Of a stretch of 32,000 bases of DNA, positions 16,128 to 26,501 are shown piece by piece (position 1 is the stretch's first letter; every line of letters begins with the position of its first letter). Source of the stretch: Cupriavidus necator (GTDB lineage: Bacteria > Pseudomonadota > Gammaproteobacteria > Burkholderiales > Burkholderiaceae); NCBI RefSeq assembly GCF_016127575.1, contig NZ_CP066018.1, forward strand, positions 1,890,001-1,922,000. Direction: 5' to 3'. Position numbers and translations under genes: made by a program. The notes under the pieces were generated by a model. It had not been told where the DNA came from. It searched no databases and saw nothing but the letters and a program-made list of their open reading frames with translations.

Positions 16128-17135
16128 ATGTCACCCACCGCAGGATGGTCTGCTGCTGCCTCCCGCTCGCCAGTCAGCCGCGGCGGTGACCTCGACCGCA
16201 TCCAGTCTCTGTCCGGCCGCGTGTTCGGTCCCACGCGGCTGCGCGCGACGGAGGCCGATGCGGCGCTCGATGCCCGTATCGACACCAGCACCATCGGCCG
16301 GCTGACGCTGGTCACCATTGCCTACAACCAGGCAGTGCAGATCGAGCCGCAGCCGAACAAGGATGAGTTCGTGATCCAGACCGTGCTGGCGGGTACGTGC
16401 CGCGTGGAGACCCCGCGCGGTGCGATGCTGATGCCGCCGGGGGCGACCTTTGTGTTCTCGCCCACCGTGCCGGCCACGTTGTCGCTGGATCCGGGCTGCG
16501 AGCGCTTCAGCGTGGTGATCCGCCGGCAGCTGATCGACGAGGCGTTCCGCCAGCAGTTCAGCTTCGAGCCGCCGGTGCCGATTGAATTCGACATGCAGCC
16601 GGTGGCGGACGATGGCCGCGCCGCGCGCTGGCAGGCGCTGGTGAGCTACCTGCGCGCGGAAACGCGGGTGCGGCGCGAAGGCAGCGGCGTGCCGGCGGTG
16701 GACGGCAGCATCGAGCGCATCGTGCTGTCGACACTGCTGCTCGACCGCTTTGCCGCGGACGGCAATATGCTGCCGCGCCGGTTCGAGGCGGTGCTGCCTG
16801 ACTATGTGCGCAATGCCATCGCCTACCTGCGCGCCAATCTTGAACAGCCGCTGACGCTGGAGCAGATCGCCGCACATTGCGGCGTATCGGCGCGCACCTT
16901 GCAGCTGGGTTTTCGCAAGAGCAAGAACACCACGCCGATGGAGTACCTGCGTCTGCTGCGCCTGCATGGCGCACGCGCCGATCTGCAACGGGCGCGGCAA
17001 CAGAAGGGGATGGTCAGCGCGATTGCGCTGCGGCACGGCTTTACGCACCTGAGCCTGTTCTCGCGCGAGTACCGGCGCGAGTTTGGCGAGCTGCCGTCGC
17101 AGACCTTGCGGGCGGCAGCGCAGCAGGGGGGCTGA
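16128..17135 (+). CDS. AraC-family transcriptional regulator
   Basis: C-terminal double HTH (IAYLRANLEQPLTLEQIAAHCGVSARTLQLGFRK...PMEYLRLLRLHGAR). Divergent from the NCS2/deaminase operon. Start uncertain (no clear SD at 16128). Confidence 0.75.
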   Translation: MSPTAGWSAAASRSPVSRGGDLDRIQSLSGRVFGPTRLRATEADAALDARIDTSTIGRLTLVTIAYNQAVQIEPQPNKDEFVIQTVLAGTCRVETPRGAMLMPPGATFVFSPTVPATLSLDPGCERFSVVIRRQLIDEAFRQQFSFEPPVPIEFDMQPVADDGRAARWQALVSYLRAETRVRREGSGVPAVDGSIERIVLSTLLLDRFAADGNMLPRRFEAVLPDYVRNAIAYLRANLEQPLTLEQIAAHCGVSARTLQLGFRKSKNTTPMEYLRLLRLHGARADLQRARQQKGMVSAIALRHGFTHLSLFSREYRREFGELPSQTLRAAAQQGG

Positions 17136-17173
17136 CGGCGAGCCGGCCCCCTGTTGCTCAGGACCTTCAGCAC

Positions 17174-18364
17174 TCAGATCGTGCCCGCCGCCACCAGTGC
17201 CTCGATCTCTGCCTCGTTCATGCCGAGCGACTTCAGGACAGAAGCAGAGTGCTCGCCGACTGCCGGAACATTCCCCATGGAAGCCGGTACGCCCGACAGC
17301 GTAGCCGGCGGCAGAAGTGCCTGGATGGCGCCACCCGGCGTCTGGACTTCCCGCCAGCGATTGCGTGCGGCAAATTGCGCGTGCTGCCAAACATCATGCA
17401 TGTCGTTCAGGGGCGAGTTGGCAATGCCCCCGCGATCGAGACGTTTGACCAGCTGTTCCCCGGTCATGGAGCGGAGATGACTGGCGATCTCCTGGTCCAG
17501 CGCCGCGCGATTGGCGACGCGTTGGAGATTGGAGTTAAAGCGGTCATCTGCCGCCAGGGCCGGGTCCTCCAGCACCTCGGAGCAGAACCGCTGCCATTCC
17601 CGTTCGTTCTGCAGCCCGAAGATGACGCTGGCCCCATCGCCGGTCTGGTACTGGCCATAGGGGGCGATACCCGGATGCGCAACGCCGTTGCGTGCCGGCG
17701 GCGTGCCGCCATAGTGAGCAAAGTTCAGGGGATATGACATCCATTCGCTCAACGCCTCGAGCATGGTGACTTCAACCCGGAGGCCGGCGCCAGTCCGTGC
17801 GCGTTGCAGCAAGGCGGACAGGATGCCGGTATAGGCGTACATGCCAGCGGCAATGTCCGCGATGGAAATGCCGGTGCGCGACGGCGCAGCTTCCGTACCG
17901 CTTACCGAGATCAGGCCCGCAGCGGCCTGGATCAACAGGTCATAGGCCTTCTTGTCGCGGTATGGCCCGCTGTCACCATACCCTGAGATATCGCAGACGA
18001 TCAGCTCAGGATAGTCAGCATGCAATGACTCGAAGTCCAGTCCCATGCGTTGGGCGGCTCCCGGCGCCAGGTTCTGGATGAACACGTCCGCTTCGGCGAG
18101 CAGCTTGTGCACGATCGCCTTGGCCTCGGGCTTCTTGAGATCCAGCGTGAGGCTTTCCTTGCCGCGATTTGCCCAGACAAAGAACGACGACTGGCCGTGC
18201 ACGGAATGGTCATAGTCGCGGGCGAAATCGCCAACGAGCGGGCGTTCCACCTTGATGACGCGGGCGCCGAGATCGGCGAGCTGGCGGCTGGCGAAGGGCG
18301 CCGCTACAGCGTGCTCAAGCGCCAGAACGGTGATGCCATCAAGGGGGCGTAGGCTGGGTTTCAT
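17174..18364 (-). CDS. family III CoA-transferase (CaiB/BaiF)
   Basis: ATG at 18364 inside ORF 17174..18649. PLDGITVLALEHAVAAPFASRQLADLGARVIKVERP...GDFAR and the rest of the CaiB pattern. Confidence 0.85.
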   Translation of the reverse strand: MKPSLRPLDGITVLALEHAVAAPFASRQLADLGARVIKVERPLVGDFARDYDHSVHGQSSFFVWANRGKESLTLDLKKPEAKAIVHKLLAEADVFIQNLAPGAAQRMGLDFESLHADYPELIVCDISGYGDSGPYRDKKAYDLLIQAAAGLISVSGTEAAPSRTGISIADIAAGMYAYTGILSALLQRARTGAGLRVEVTMLEALSEWMSYPLNFAHYGGTPPARNGVAHPGIAPYGQYQTGDGASVIFGLQNEREWQRFCSEVLEDPALAADDRFNSNLQRVANRAALDQEIASHLRSMTGEQLVKRLDRGGIANSPLNDMHDVWQHAQFAARNRWREVQTPGGAIQALLPPATLSGVPASMGNVPAVGEHSASVLKSLGMNEAEIEALVAAGTI

Positions 18365-18460
18365 GGAGGGAGAATGAAGGGACCTGGCGGCACACGGGCC
18401 GGACGACAAAGTATAGGAATGGTCCTCTTCCCCCGAACAGTCGAGAATTCCTAAGGCGGC

Positions 18461-18475
18461 TTCGAAGTCTTCGAA
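18461..18475. promoter_or_regulatory. tandem TTCGAA palindromes (TTCGAAGTCTTCGAA) upstream of the CoA-transferase gene
   Basis: Seen directly, ~95 nt upstream of ATG 18364 on the minus strand. Function unknown. Confidence 0.2.
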
Positions 18476-18494
18476 ACTGGCCGCATGCCTGCCC

Positions 18495-19397
18495 TTAGGG
18501 CGCAGCGTCCGGTGCGCCCCATTCGGCGACATACCGGATAAAGTCCCGCGTATAGGCCGGGAGCGCCTTCTGGCTCCGCACGACAATCCGCTGCTCGCGC
18601 CGGGCCCATGGCTCATCCAGGGTGACCCCTTCCACCACCCCTTGCTCAATCAGGGGACCCGCTACGGAACGTGGCACGAGGGAGATGCCGGCGCCTTCCT
18701 GTACGCAACGCATGGCCGCGGCAAAGTCGGGTGCATGCACGCGAACGCGTGGCTTGATGCCGGCACGCGCGGCCATGTCATTGAGGAAGAGGAAATTGCT
18801 GCTCTTGCTGCCGACGGATACCAGGTCGTAAGCCAATGCCTGTGCAAGGGACATCTTGTCGAGCAGCCCGGACGGGTGGCGTGCCGGAACCACGAACATC
18901 AACTCATCGACGCCATATCGAATGAACTCCAGGCCCCGCATATCGATCGCGCCGGCCACCAGTCCGACGTCCGCCCGGTCCTCGATCACTGCCCGCACGC
19001 TGTCCTCGCTGAGGTGCTCCTCCAGGTCGACATTGACGTTCGGGTACGCCGCCAGGAACCGGCTAAGCGCCGCGGGCAGGCTGGCCATGGTGCTGCTGTT
19101 CGCGTAGACACGGATATGCCCTTCAATGCCGTCGGTATGGCGCCGCATGTCCGACTGCAAGCGTTCGACGTTCTCCATGATCGCCTCGGCATAGTGCTGT
19201 ACCGTCTCGCCCGCCGGCGTCAGGGCCATGCCCTTCTGCGTCCTGTTGAACAACGGGACGCCCATCGCCTGTTCGAGGTTCTTGAGGCGGTAGCTGGCCG
19301 AAGGCGCCGTCAAATGCATATCTGACGCTCCTGCCGTCACGCTCTTGGCCTGCGCAATGGCGAGGAATACTCGCAGATCGGTGAGTTCGAAACGCAC
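18495..19397 (-). CDS. LysR-family transcriptional regulator
   Basis: GTG at 19397 with a GGAGA SD. HTH LTDLRVFLAIAQAKSVTAGASDMHLTAPSASYRLKNLE. Divergent from the Bug gene at 19555. Confidence 0.85.
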   Translation of the reverse strand: MRFELTDLRVFLAIAQAKSVTAGASDMHLTAPSASYRLKNLEQAMGVPLFNRTQKGMALTPAGETVQHYAEAIMENVERLQSDMRRHTDGIEGHIRVYANSSTMASLPAALSRFLAAYPNVNVDLEEHLSEDSVRAVIEDRADVGLVAGAIDMRGLEFIRYGVDELMFVVPARHPSGLLDKMSLAQALAYDLVSVGSKSSNFLFLNDMAARAGIKPRVRVHAPDFAAAMRCVQEGAGISLVPRSVAGPLIEQGVVEGVTLDEPWARREQRIVVRSQKALPAYTRDFIRYVAEWGAPDAAP

Positions 19398-19554
19398 GCT
19401 TGTCTCCGTTGCCCGACAGTTCCTGGGGATGTTTAGAGGAATTCTAACGACACCCCAGGAGCTTTCGACTGGTGTCCTTGCAGGGTCCGATTCTATATTT
19501 CGGCTCGTCACGGCAGCTACCGCTGTGCTATGCGAGAAATAATCGGAGACCAAC

Positions 19555-20538
19555 ATGACTATATTCTTCCGCAGGATCGCCAGCGCGCTGGGCAGCGCCG
19601 CGACACTCCTGGCCTGGGCGTCCCCGTCAGTGGCGCAGACAGACTACCCGGTGCGGCCTGTCCGACTCATCGTTCCGTACCCCGCTGGCGGGCCGACGGA
19701 CACCTTCGCCCGATCGCTGGCTGCAAGCTGGGGCCGCAAGCTGAACACCTCGGTGGTTGTCGAGAACAAGTCGGGGGCCGGCACGATAGTCGGCACCGAG
19801 CTCGCGGCGAAAGCGGCACCGGACGGCTATACGTTGCTGCTGACCACTGTCGCGCATGCCGTGAACCCAAGCATTCACGCCAGCCTGCCGTATCGCACGA
19901 TCGAGGACTTTGCGCCAGTCGGGCTGGCGGCTCGTGCGCCGCTGGTGCTGGTCGTGAACAAGGGCGTCCCGGCGAAAACACTGCCGGAATTCTTCGCTTA
20001 TCTGAAGTCGCGTCCCGGCCAGGTCAACTATGGCTCAGCCGGAGTTGGCAGTGCCCCGCATCTCGCCGGGGAACTGCTGAACTACACGGCAGGAACGAAA
20101 GCGGTCCACGTCCCATATCGGGGGAGCGCGCCTGCCATGGCCGATCTTATCGGTGGCCATGTCGAATTCATGATCGACAGCGCACCGACAGGGCTGGCGC
20201 AGGTGCGCGCGGGAACGGTGCGATTGCTGGGAACGTCGATGGGAAAACGCCTGCCGCAGACCAGGGAGACGCCGGCGATTGCGGAAGCCGTGTCAGGCTA
20301 TGAGGCGTACACCTGGAACGCGGTATTCGTGCCAGCCCGAACACCGTCGGCAGTTGTCCAGAAGCTGGTCTCGACACTTGGCGATGCACTCAGCGATCCC
20401 GCCCTGCAAAGCAAAGCCTTCGAACTCGGATTGCAGCTGGAGACGCAGCCTACACCAGCGGGGCTCGACCAGTTCCTGCGCGCGGAACTGGAGAAGTGGA
20501 AGCGGGTGGCCGTCGCCACGAATATGAAAGCCGACTGA
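19555..20538 (+). CDS. Bug-family (TctC-like) periplasmic substrate-binding protein
   Basis: Signal peptide, then VRLIVPYPAGGPTDTFARSL, NKSGAGT, HVPYRGSAPA. Confidence 0.9.
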   Translation: MTIFFRRIASALGSAATLLAWASPSVAQTDYPVRPVRLIVPYPAGGPTDTFARSLAASWGRKLNTSVVVENKSGAGTIVGTELAAKAAPDGYTLLLTTVAHAVNPSIHASLPYRTIEDFAPVGLAARAPLVLVVNKGVPAKTLPEFFAYLKSRPGQVNYGSAGVGSAPHLAGELLNYTAGTKAVHVPYRGSAPAMADLIGGHVEFMIDSAPTGLAQVRAGTVRLLGTSMGKRLPQTRETPAIAEAVSGYEAYTWNAVFVPARTPSAVVQKLVSTLGDALSDPALQSKAFELGLQLETQPTPAGLDQFLRAELEKWKRVAVATNMKAD

Positions 20539-20592
20539 GCGAAACCCGCGCAGGCCAGCGCCGGAACCAACCATCAGGAATACGGAGAAGCC

Positions 20593-21069
20593 ATGAACGC
20601 CTATCAACTTTGTCCGCAACGCTACTTTGAGGATTTCGAACTCGGAGAGCACTTCAACCTGCCGTCCCGCACCATGACCGACGCGCTGTTCGCGGCGTTC
20701 CAGCTGGCAAGCGGGGACAACCATCCGGTTCACTACGACGTCGAGTACTGCCGTGCTCTCGGCATGCCGCACATGCTGGCGCACGGCTTCCAGGTCGTGA
20801 TCCAGACTGCCGCGGGGGCGGGCCTGTTTCCCCATATGGTCGAGGAGTCCCTGAAGGGCTTTATCGAGCAGAGCAGCCGCTTCCTCGCGCCTGTCTATGT
20901 CGGCGATACGTTGTACTGCCGCCTCACCGTCACCGAGCTGGTTCCCGGTCGTACGACCGGCGTGCTGGCGATGCGGTCGGAGGTGCGAAACCAGAACGAC
21001 GTCTGCGTCATGGAGGGTACGCAAAGGTACTTGCTGCGCAAGCGTGTGCCGGGCAGCAGCGGGGACTGA
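20593..21069 (+). CDS. MaoC-like (hot-dog fold) dehydratase
   Basis: FAAFQLASGDNHPVHYDVEYC...GMPHMLAHGF is the MaoC dehydratase motif. Confidence 0.85.
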   Translation: MNAYQLCPQRYFEDFELGEHFNLPSRTMTDALFAAFQLASGDNHPVHYDVEYCRALGMPHMLAHGFQVVIQTAAGAGLFPHMVEESLKGFIEQSSRFLAPVYVGDTLYCRLTVTELVPGRTTGVLAMRSEVRNQNDVCVMEGTQRYLLRKRVPGSSGD

Positions 21070-21102
21070 CGGGAGGTCAGCCTCCGCTGCCGGTCAGGAC
21101 CG

Positions 21103-22191
21103 TCAGGCTGCCTGGGCCACGGGCAGGCAGACCCTCAGCAGCGTCTGCAAGCGCAGCTTGTCGAGGTGCCGGCCGATAAATACGAACTTGCTTTGCGCGG
21201 CCTCCGCGCCCCACGCATCGGCGGGATGAAAATCCATCAGCCGGTGCACGGCTTGCAGCACGTAGCGGCGGTCATCGCCCTCCACGGCCACGATCCCCTT
21301 CATCCGGAACACATCGTCCCCTTGCGCCGCGAGCAGTGCCTTCAGGCCGTGCTCCAGGCGCTGGCGGTCGAACGGCTGGTCGAACACCAGCGATACGGAC
21401 GTCACCGACGGATCGTGGCGGTGGCCGTGCGCGTCGTCATCGTGCACGTGGTCGCAATGCTCGTCGCATACGTGGTCGTGATGGTCGTGGTCGTGCGCAT
21501 GTTCGTGGTGGTCAGCGTGCGCGTCCGCCTGGATCGTGCCCGTGGTAAAGCCGCCGATGCCGAGGATCTTGCCCAGGTCCACCTGTGCAAAGTTTGAGCG
21601 CAGGATCTGCGCACCCTCATTCAGGCGGTGGATGCGTGCCTCCAGCCTGTCTAGCTGCGCGGCGTTCACCAGGTCGGTCTTGTTGAGGATCACGCGGTCG
21701 GCCGCCACGATCTGGTCGACGGCCTGGTTGTCGAAGCCGGTCAGTTGGGGATCATCGAGGTGGCTCTCGATATGCACCGCGTCCACCAGCGTCAGGATGC
21801 CGTCGAGCGTGACCTGCTTGGCGACTTCGTTGTCCATGAAGAAGGTGGCCGCCACCGGCGTGGGATCGGCCAGGCCGCTGGTCTCGACCAGGATATGGTC
21901 GAAGCGCTCGGGCTGCTCCAGCAGCTTCTGCAGGATGCGCACGAGGTCGGTGCGCACATCGACCACGCAGCAGATGCAGCCGTTGGTCATCTGGTAGATC
22001 TCTTCGTCGGAGGTCATCACCAGGTCGGAATCGACATCGACCTCGCCGAACTCGTTCTCGATCACGGCGATGCGGTGGCCATGCTTCTGCGTCAGGATGT
22101 GGTTGAGCAGCGTCGTCTTGCCCGAGCCGAGGAAGCCGGTAAGGATGGTGACCGGGACGGGCGGTTGTTGTGCGACGGCAGGTGCGTTCAT
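21103..22191 (-). CDS. COG0523/CobW-family G3E GTPase metallochaperone with a His/Asp-rich insert
   Basis: ATG at 22191 with a GGAGA SD. P-loop GFLGSGKTT, CxCC metal motif (GCICC), NKTD, His-rich stretch HADHHEHAHDHDHHDHVCDEHCDHVHDDDAHGHRHD (nt 21412-21519), CobW C-terminal domain. Confidence 0.9.
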   Translation of the reverse strand: MNAPAVAQQPPVPVTILTGFLGSGKTTLLNHILTQKHGHRIAVIENEFGEVDVDSDLVMTSDEEIYQMTNGCICCVVDVRTDLVRILQKLLEQPERFDHILVETSGLADPTPVAATFFMDNEVAKQVTLDGILTLVDAVHIESHLDDPQLTGFDNQAVDQIVAADRVILNKTDLVNAAQLDRLEARIHRLNEGAQILRSNFAQVDLGKILGIGGFTTGTIQADAHADHHEHAHDHDHHDHVCDEHCDHVHDDDAHGHRHDPSVTSVSLVFDQPFDRQRLEHGLKALLAAQGDDVFRMKGIVAVEGDDRRYVLQAVHRLMDFHPADAWGAEAAQSKFVFIGRHLDKLRLQTLLRVCLPVAQAA

Positions 22192-22253
22192 GTTGTCTCC
22201 TGATTGGGTACTGCGTTCCCCGCTATCGCGGGGCGAAAGTTCTCTAGTTCTCT

Positions 22254-22850
22254 TCAGGCGGTAGCCACGTTGGGGCGCAAGCCTTGCCAGCGTTCCACCA
22301 GCCCGTCGTGCGGCACGTCGAACAGGTCCAGCACGCGCCCCACGGTGTGGTTGACGATGTCGTCCACTGACTGCGGATGTGTGTAGAAGGCCGGCACCGG
22401 CGGCACCACGATGGCGCCCATCTCGGTCACCGTGGTCATGTTGCGCAGGTGCACCAGGTGGAAGGGCGTCTCGCGCGCCAGCAGCACCAGCCGGCGGCGC
22501 TCCTTGAGCATCACGTCGGCGGCGCGGGTGACGAGGTTGTCGGCAAGCCCGGTGGCGATGGCGGCCAGCGTGCGCATGGAGCACGGCGCCACTACCATGC
22601 CGTCGCAGCGGAACGAGCCGCTGGCGATGGTGGCGCCGATGTCGCGCACGTTGTGCACCACGTCGGCCATGGCTTCGAGCTGCGGGCGCTGCAATCCCAG
22701 TTCATGGTGCGCGGTCAGCAGGCCGGACGGCGAGCAGACCAGGTGGGTCTCCCAGCCGTCCAGTGCCGACAGTGCCTGCAGCACGCGCACGCCGTACACC
22801 GCGCCGCTGGCGCCGGTAATGGCCACCACCAGGCGTTGCTTGCGGGTCAT
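22254..22850 (-). CDS. ubiX: UbiX-family flavin prenyltransferase (prFMN synthase)
   Basis: LVVAITGASGAVYGVRVLQAL...VVAPCSMRTLAAIATGLADNLVTRAADVMLKERRRLVLLARETP. The start overlaps the upstream stop (ATGA). Confidence 0.9.
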   Translation of the reverse strand: MTRKQRLVVAITGASGAVYGVRVLQALSALDGWETHLVCSPSGLLTAHHELGLQRPQLEAMADVVHNVRDIGATIASGSFRCDGMVVAPCSMRTLAAIATGLADNLVTRAADVMLKERRRLVLLARETPFHLVHLRNMTTVTEMGAIVVPPVPAFYTHPQSVDDIVNHTVGRVLDLFDVPHDGLVERWQGLRPNVATA

Positions 22851-25134
22851 GGGGTGGCGCCTTCCTTCGCTGCCTTCTCAGCCAGTGCCTGCAGCACTTG
22901 CTCCGGCTTGATCGGGTAGTGCCGGAAGCGCACGCCGATGGCATCGAACACCGCATTGGCAATCGCCGGCCCGATCGCGACGATCGGGTCCTCGCCCACC
23001 CCCTTGGCGCCGAACGGGCCGCCGGGGTCGGGGGCCGCTTCCAGGATCACCGTGTGGATGGGTGGCATGTCCATCGCCAGCGGCATCTTGTAGTCGACGA
23101 AGTTGGCGTTGAGCGAGCGCCCGGTGCGCATATCGATCTGGTAGTCCTCATACAGCGTATGGCCGATGCCTTGCTGGATGCCGCCTTCGATCTGCCCTGC
23201 GGCAGCCACCGGGTGGATCACCTTGCCGACGTCATGCACAGGCAACACCTGCTGCACGGTGATGAAGCCGGTTTCGGTATCGACCGCCACCTCGACAAAA
23301 TGCGCGGCGAATGAATACGACTTGGTCGGGTGATAGGTGGCGGTGCCCACCAGCTGCGCGGCGGGGATGCCCTTGCGCGGCATCACGGCCTCGCGCACGG
23401 TCAGGGTCGGGCCGTCGCGGTCGCGCACGGCGATCACGCCGGCGGTCAGTGTCAGGGCCTCGGGCTCGCATTCCATCAGCTTGGCCGCGCGATCGAACAG
23501 CTGGCGCTTGATCTCGCCCGCCGCCATCTGCGCGGCCTTGCCCACCATATAGGTGGTGTGGCTGGCAAAGGCGCCGATGTCCCAGGGCACCACGTCGGTA
23601 TCGCCGTGCACGACCGCCACCGCTTCGAACGGCAGGGTCAGTTCTTCTGCAACGATCTGGGCGAGGGCGGTATGCGCACCGGTACCCAGCCCGGCCGCGC
23701 CGGTCAGCAGCACCACGGTGCCATCCTCGTTCATCTTGATGATGGCGTTGCCCTGCTCCTTGATGCCGGGATAGGCGCTGCTGCCGTGCATTTCGCAGCC
23801 CAGGCCCCAGCCGGTGCGGATCGGGCCGTTGGTGTCGCGCGGGCGCCGGCGCAGCGCGGGCCAGTCGACCAGTTCCATGCCTTTCTCGATGCAGGCCTCC
23901 AGGCCGTGCCCGATCAGCGGATGGTTGGACGGCGCAATGTCGCCTTCGCGCACGGCGTTCTTCAGCTTCAGCCCGGCGGGGTCCAGGCCCAGGTGCTCGG
24001 CGGCCTCGTCCATCTGCACGTCGAGCGCGTAATAGGTCTGGACCACGCCATAGCCGCGGAAGGCGCCGGCGATGGGGCTGTTGGTGTAGACGCAGCGGCC
24101 TTCGAGCAACACGTTGTCGCAGCGGTACAGCGAGACCATGGCGGCGGTGCCGACATTGGTCACACCCGGGCCATGCGAGCCATAGGCGCCGGAGTTGAAC
24201 ACCACTTTGGCCTGGCGCGCGGTGATGGTGCCGTCGTTGCGGAAGCCTTGCTTGAGCCAGATCTTCGCCGGATGGCGCGTGCGCCCGCCGAGGAAGGTTT
24301 CCTCGCGCGTGTATTCCATGCGCACCGGGCGGCGCGTCTCGCGCGCCAGCAGCGCGCACAGGAACTCCTGCTGGAATAGGTCCTGCTTGGCGCCGAAGCC
24401 GCCGCCCATGTGGTCGACCAGCACGCGCACCTTGTGCAGCGGCAGGCCCAGCACCTCGGCCATGATGCCGCGCACCATGAAGGCGGTCTGGGTGGAGATC
24501 CACACCGTCAGGTTGCCGTTGCCGTCCCAGCTGGTGGTGCAGACGTTGGGCTCCATGTAGGCGGGGGTGGGGCGGCCGCCTTCGTAGATGCCTTCGAGGA
24601 TGAAGTCCGCCTCGGCAAAGCCCGCTTCGACGTCGCCGCGCTTGATGATCACCGGCGGCAGCACCAGGTTGCCGCCGGGTTCGCGGTCGTGGATGCGCGG
24701 GGCGTCGGAGCGCTCGGCGTCCTCGGTGGTGAAGACGGCGGGCAGCGTTTCGTACTCGACTTCGATCAGCTCGACCGCGCGCTCGGCGATCTCTTCGCTG
24801 ATGGCGGCCACCGCGGCGACGCCTTCGCCCCAGTAGCGCACCTTGTCGTCCAGGATGTACTGGTCGCAGGTCACCGAGGCGGAGCGCGGGTGGGGCGAGC
24901 CGGCGTGCAGCACGCGCGGCACGTTCTCATGGGTCAGCACGGCTTTGACGCCTGGCAATGCCAGCGCACGCGAGGTGTCGATGCGGTGGATTTTCGCGTG
25001 CGCGAGGTTGCAGCGCTTCATCTTGCCGAACAGCAGGCCGGGGAAGGGCATGTCGGCAACGTATCTGGCGTTGCCGGTGACCTTGTCGAGCAGGTCGGTG
25101 CGCTTGACGCTGTGTCCGATCACGGCGTGGGTCA

Positions 25135-25138
<4 letters not shown>
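22847..25138 (-). CDS. molybdopterin-binding large subunit of a xanthine-dehydrogenase-family hydroxylase
   Basis: MMTHAVIGHSVKRTDLLDKVTGNARYVADM... (Ald_Xan_dh N-terminal hammerhead), then GGGFG and a long Moco-binding domain. The upstream in-frame extension to 25507 overlaps the Fe-S subunit gene and is ignored. Confidence 0.9.
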
Positions 25139-25628
<490 letters not shown>

Positions 25629-25641
<13 letters not shown>

Positions 25642-26501
25642 GTTGCGGCCTCCAGGGCTTGTTCCAGGGCGCGGCGGGTCAGCACGCTGACCATCTGCCG
25701 CCGGTAGGCTTCGCTGGCGCGCACGTCGCTGATGGGGCGCGCTTCGCCCATGGCGGCGTGCGCGGCCTGCAGGACCAGGGCGTCCGTCACGCGCTGGCCG
25801 CGCAGCACCTGCTCGGCACGCACGGCGCGTACCGGGGTCGGGCCGACCGCTGCCAGCACGATGCCGACCTCGGCGCAGTGGCCGTTCTCGACTGTCAGTG
25901 ATACCGCCACGCCGACGGTGGCCAGTTCCATCTGCACGCGGCGGCCATGCTTGAGGTAGACCTTGCCGGTGTGGGGGCGCGGCGCCGGCACGGTGATGCG
26001 GGTGACGATCTCGTCCGGCGCGATGGCGGTCTTGCCGACGCCGGTGACGAAGTCCTCGACGCGCAGCTCGCGCGAGCCTGACAGGCCATACAGGTGTACC
26101 GAAGCACCGTCCGCCACCAGCGGCGCGATCGAATCGGCCGACGGTGACGCGCGGCAGACGTTGCCCACCACGGTGGCGCGATGGCGCACCTGGATTGAGG
26201 CGAAGTCCGTCACGGCTTTCGCCAGGCTGGCGTAATGGCGCTGCACGAAGCCCGAGGTCTCCACCGCGCGCGTGGTCACCAGCGCGCCGATGCGCAGGCC
26301 GTTGACGGGGTCGAACGTCAGCACGTCCATGCCCGGGATCTTCTTGATATTGATCACCTGCTCGGGCTTGCGCACGGACTCCTTGATCTGGACCAGCAGG
26401 TCCGTGCCGCCGGCCAGCACGCTGGCCTTGCCGCCGCACCGGTGCAGCATGGCCGAGGCTTCCGCCAGCGTTGCCGGTTCGAAATATTCAAACGCTCTCA
26501 T
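25629..26501 (-). CDS. FAD-binding medium subunit of the Mo-hydroxylase (CoxM-like)
   Basis: MRAFEYFEPATLAEA...VLAGGTDLLVQIK and the rest of the FAD_binding_5/CO_deh_flav_C pattern. 13-nt overlap with the Fe-S subunit gene. Confidence 0.9.

Noticed and set aside
9400-20538. Two orphan Bug (TctC-like) binding-protein genes with no tctA/tctB membrane components in the window.
   Set aside because: Large families of orphan Bug genes are a well-known feature of Cupriavidus, Bordetella and other Burkholderiales genomes, so this is not unusual here.
21070-21102. GGAGG-tcag-CCTCC hairpin between the convergent MaoC and COG0523 genes, as a possible bidirectional terminator.
   Set aside because: The stem is only 5 bp with no flanking T/A tracts, which is too weak to call.
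21412-21519. Repetitive GTGGTCGTG/ATGGTCGTG-type DNA, as a possible tandem repeat or CRISPR-like feature.
   Set aside because: It is the coding sequence of the His/Asp-rich insert of the COG0523 GTPase. The units are irregular and in frame, with no spacer architecture.
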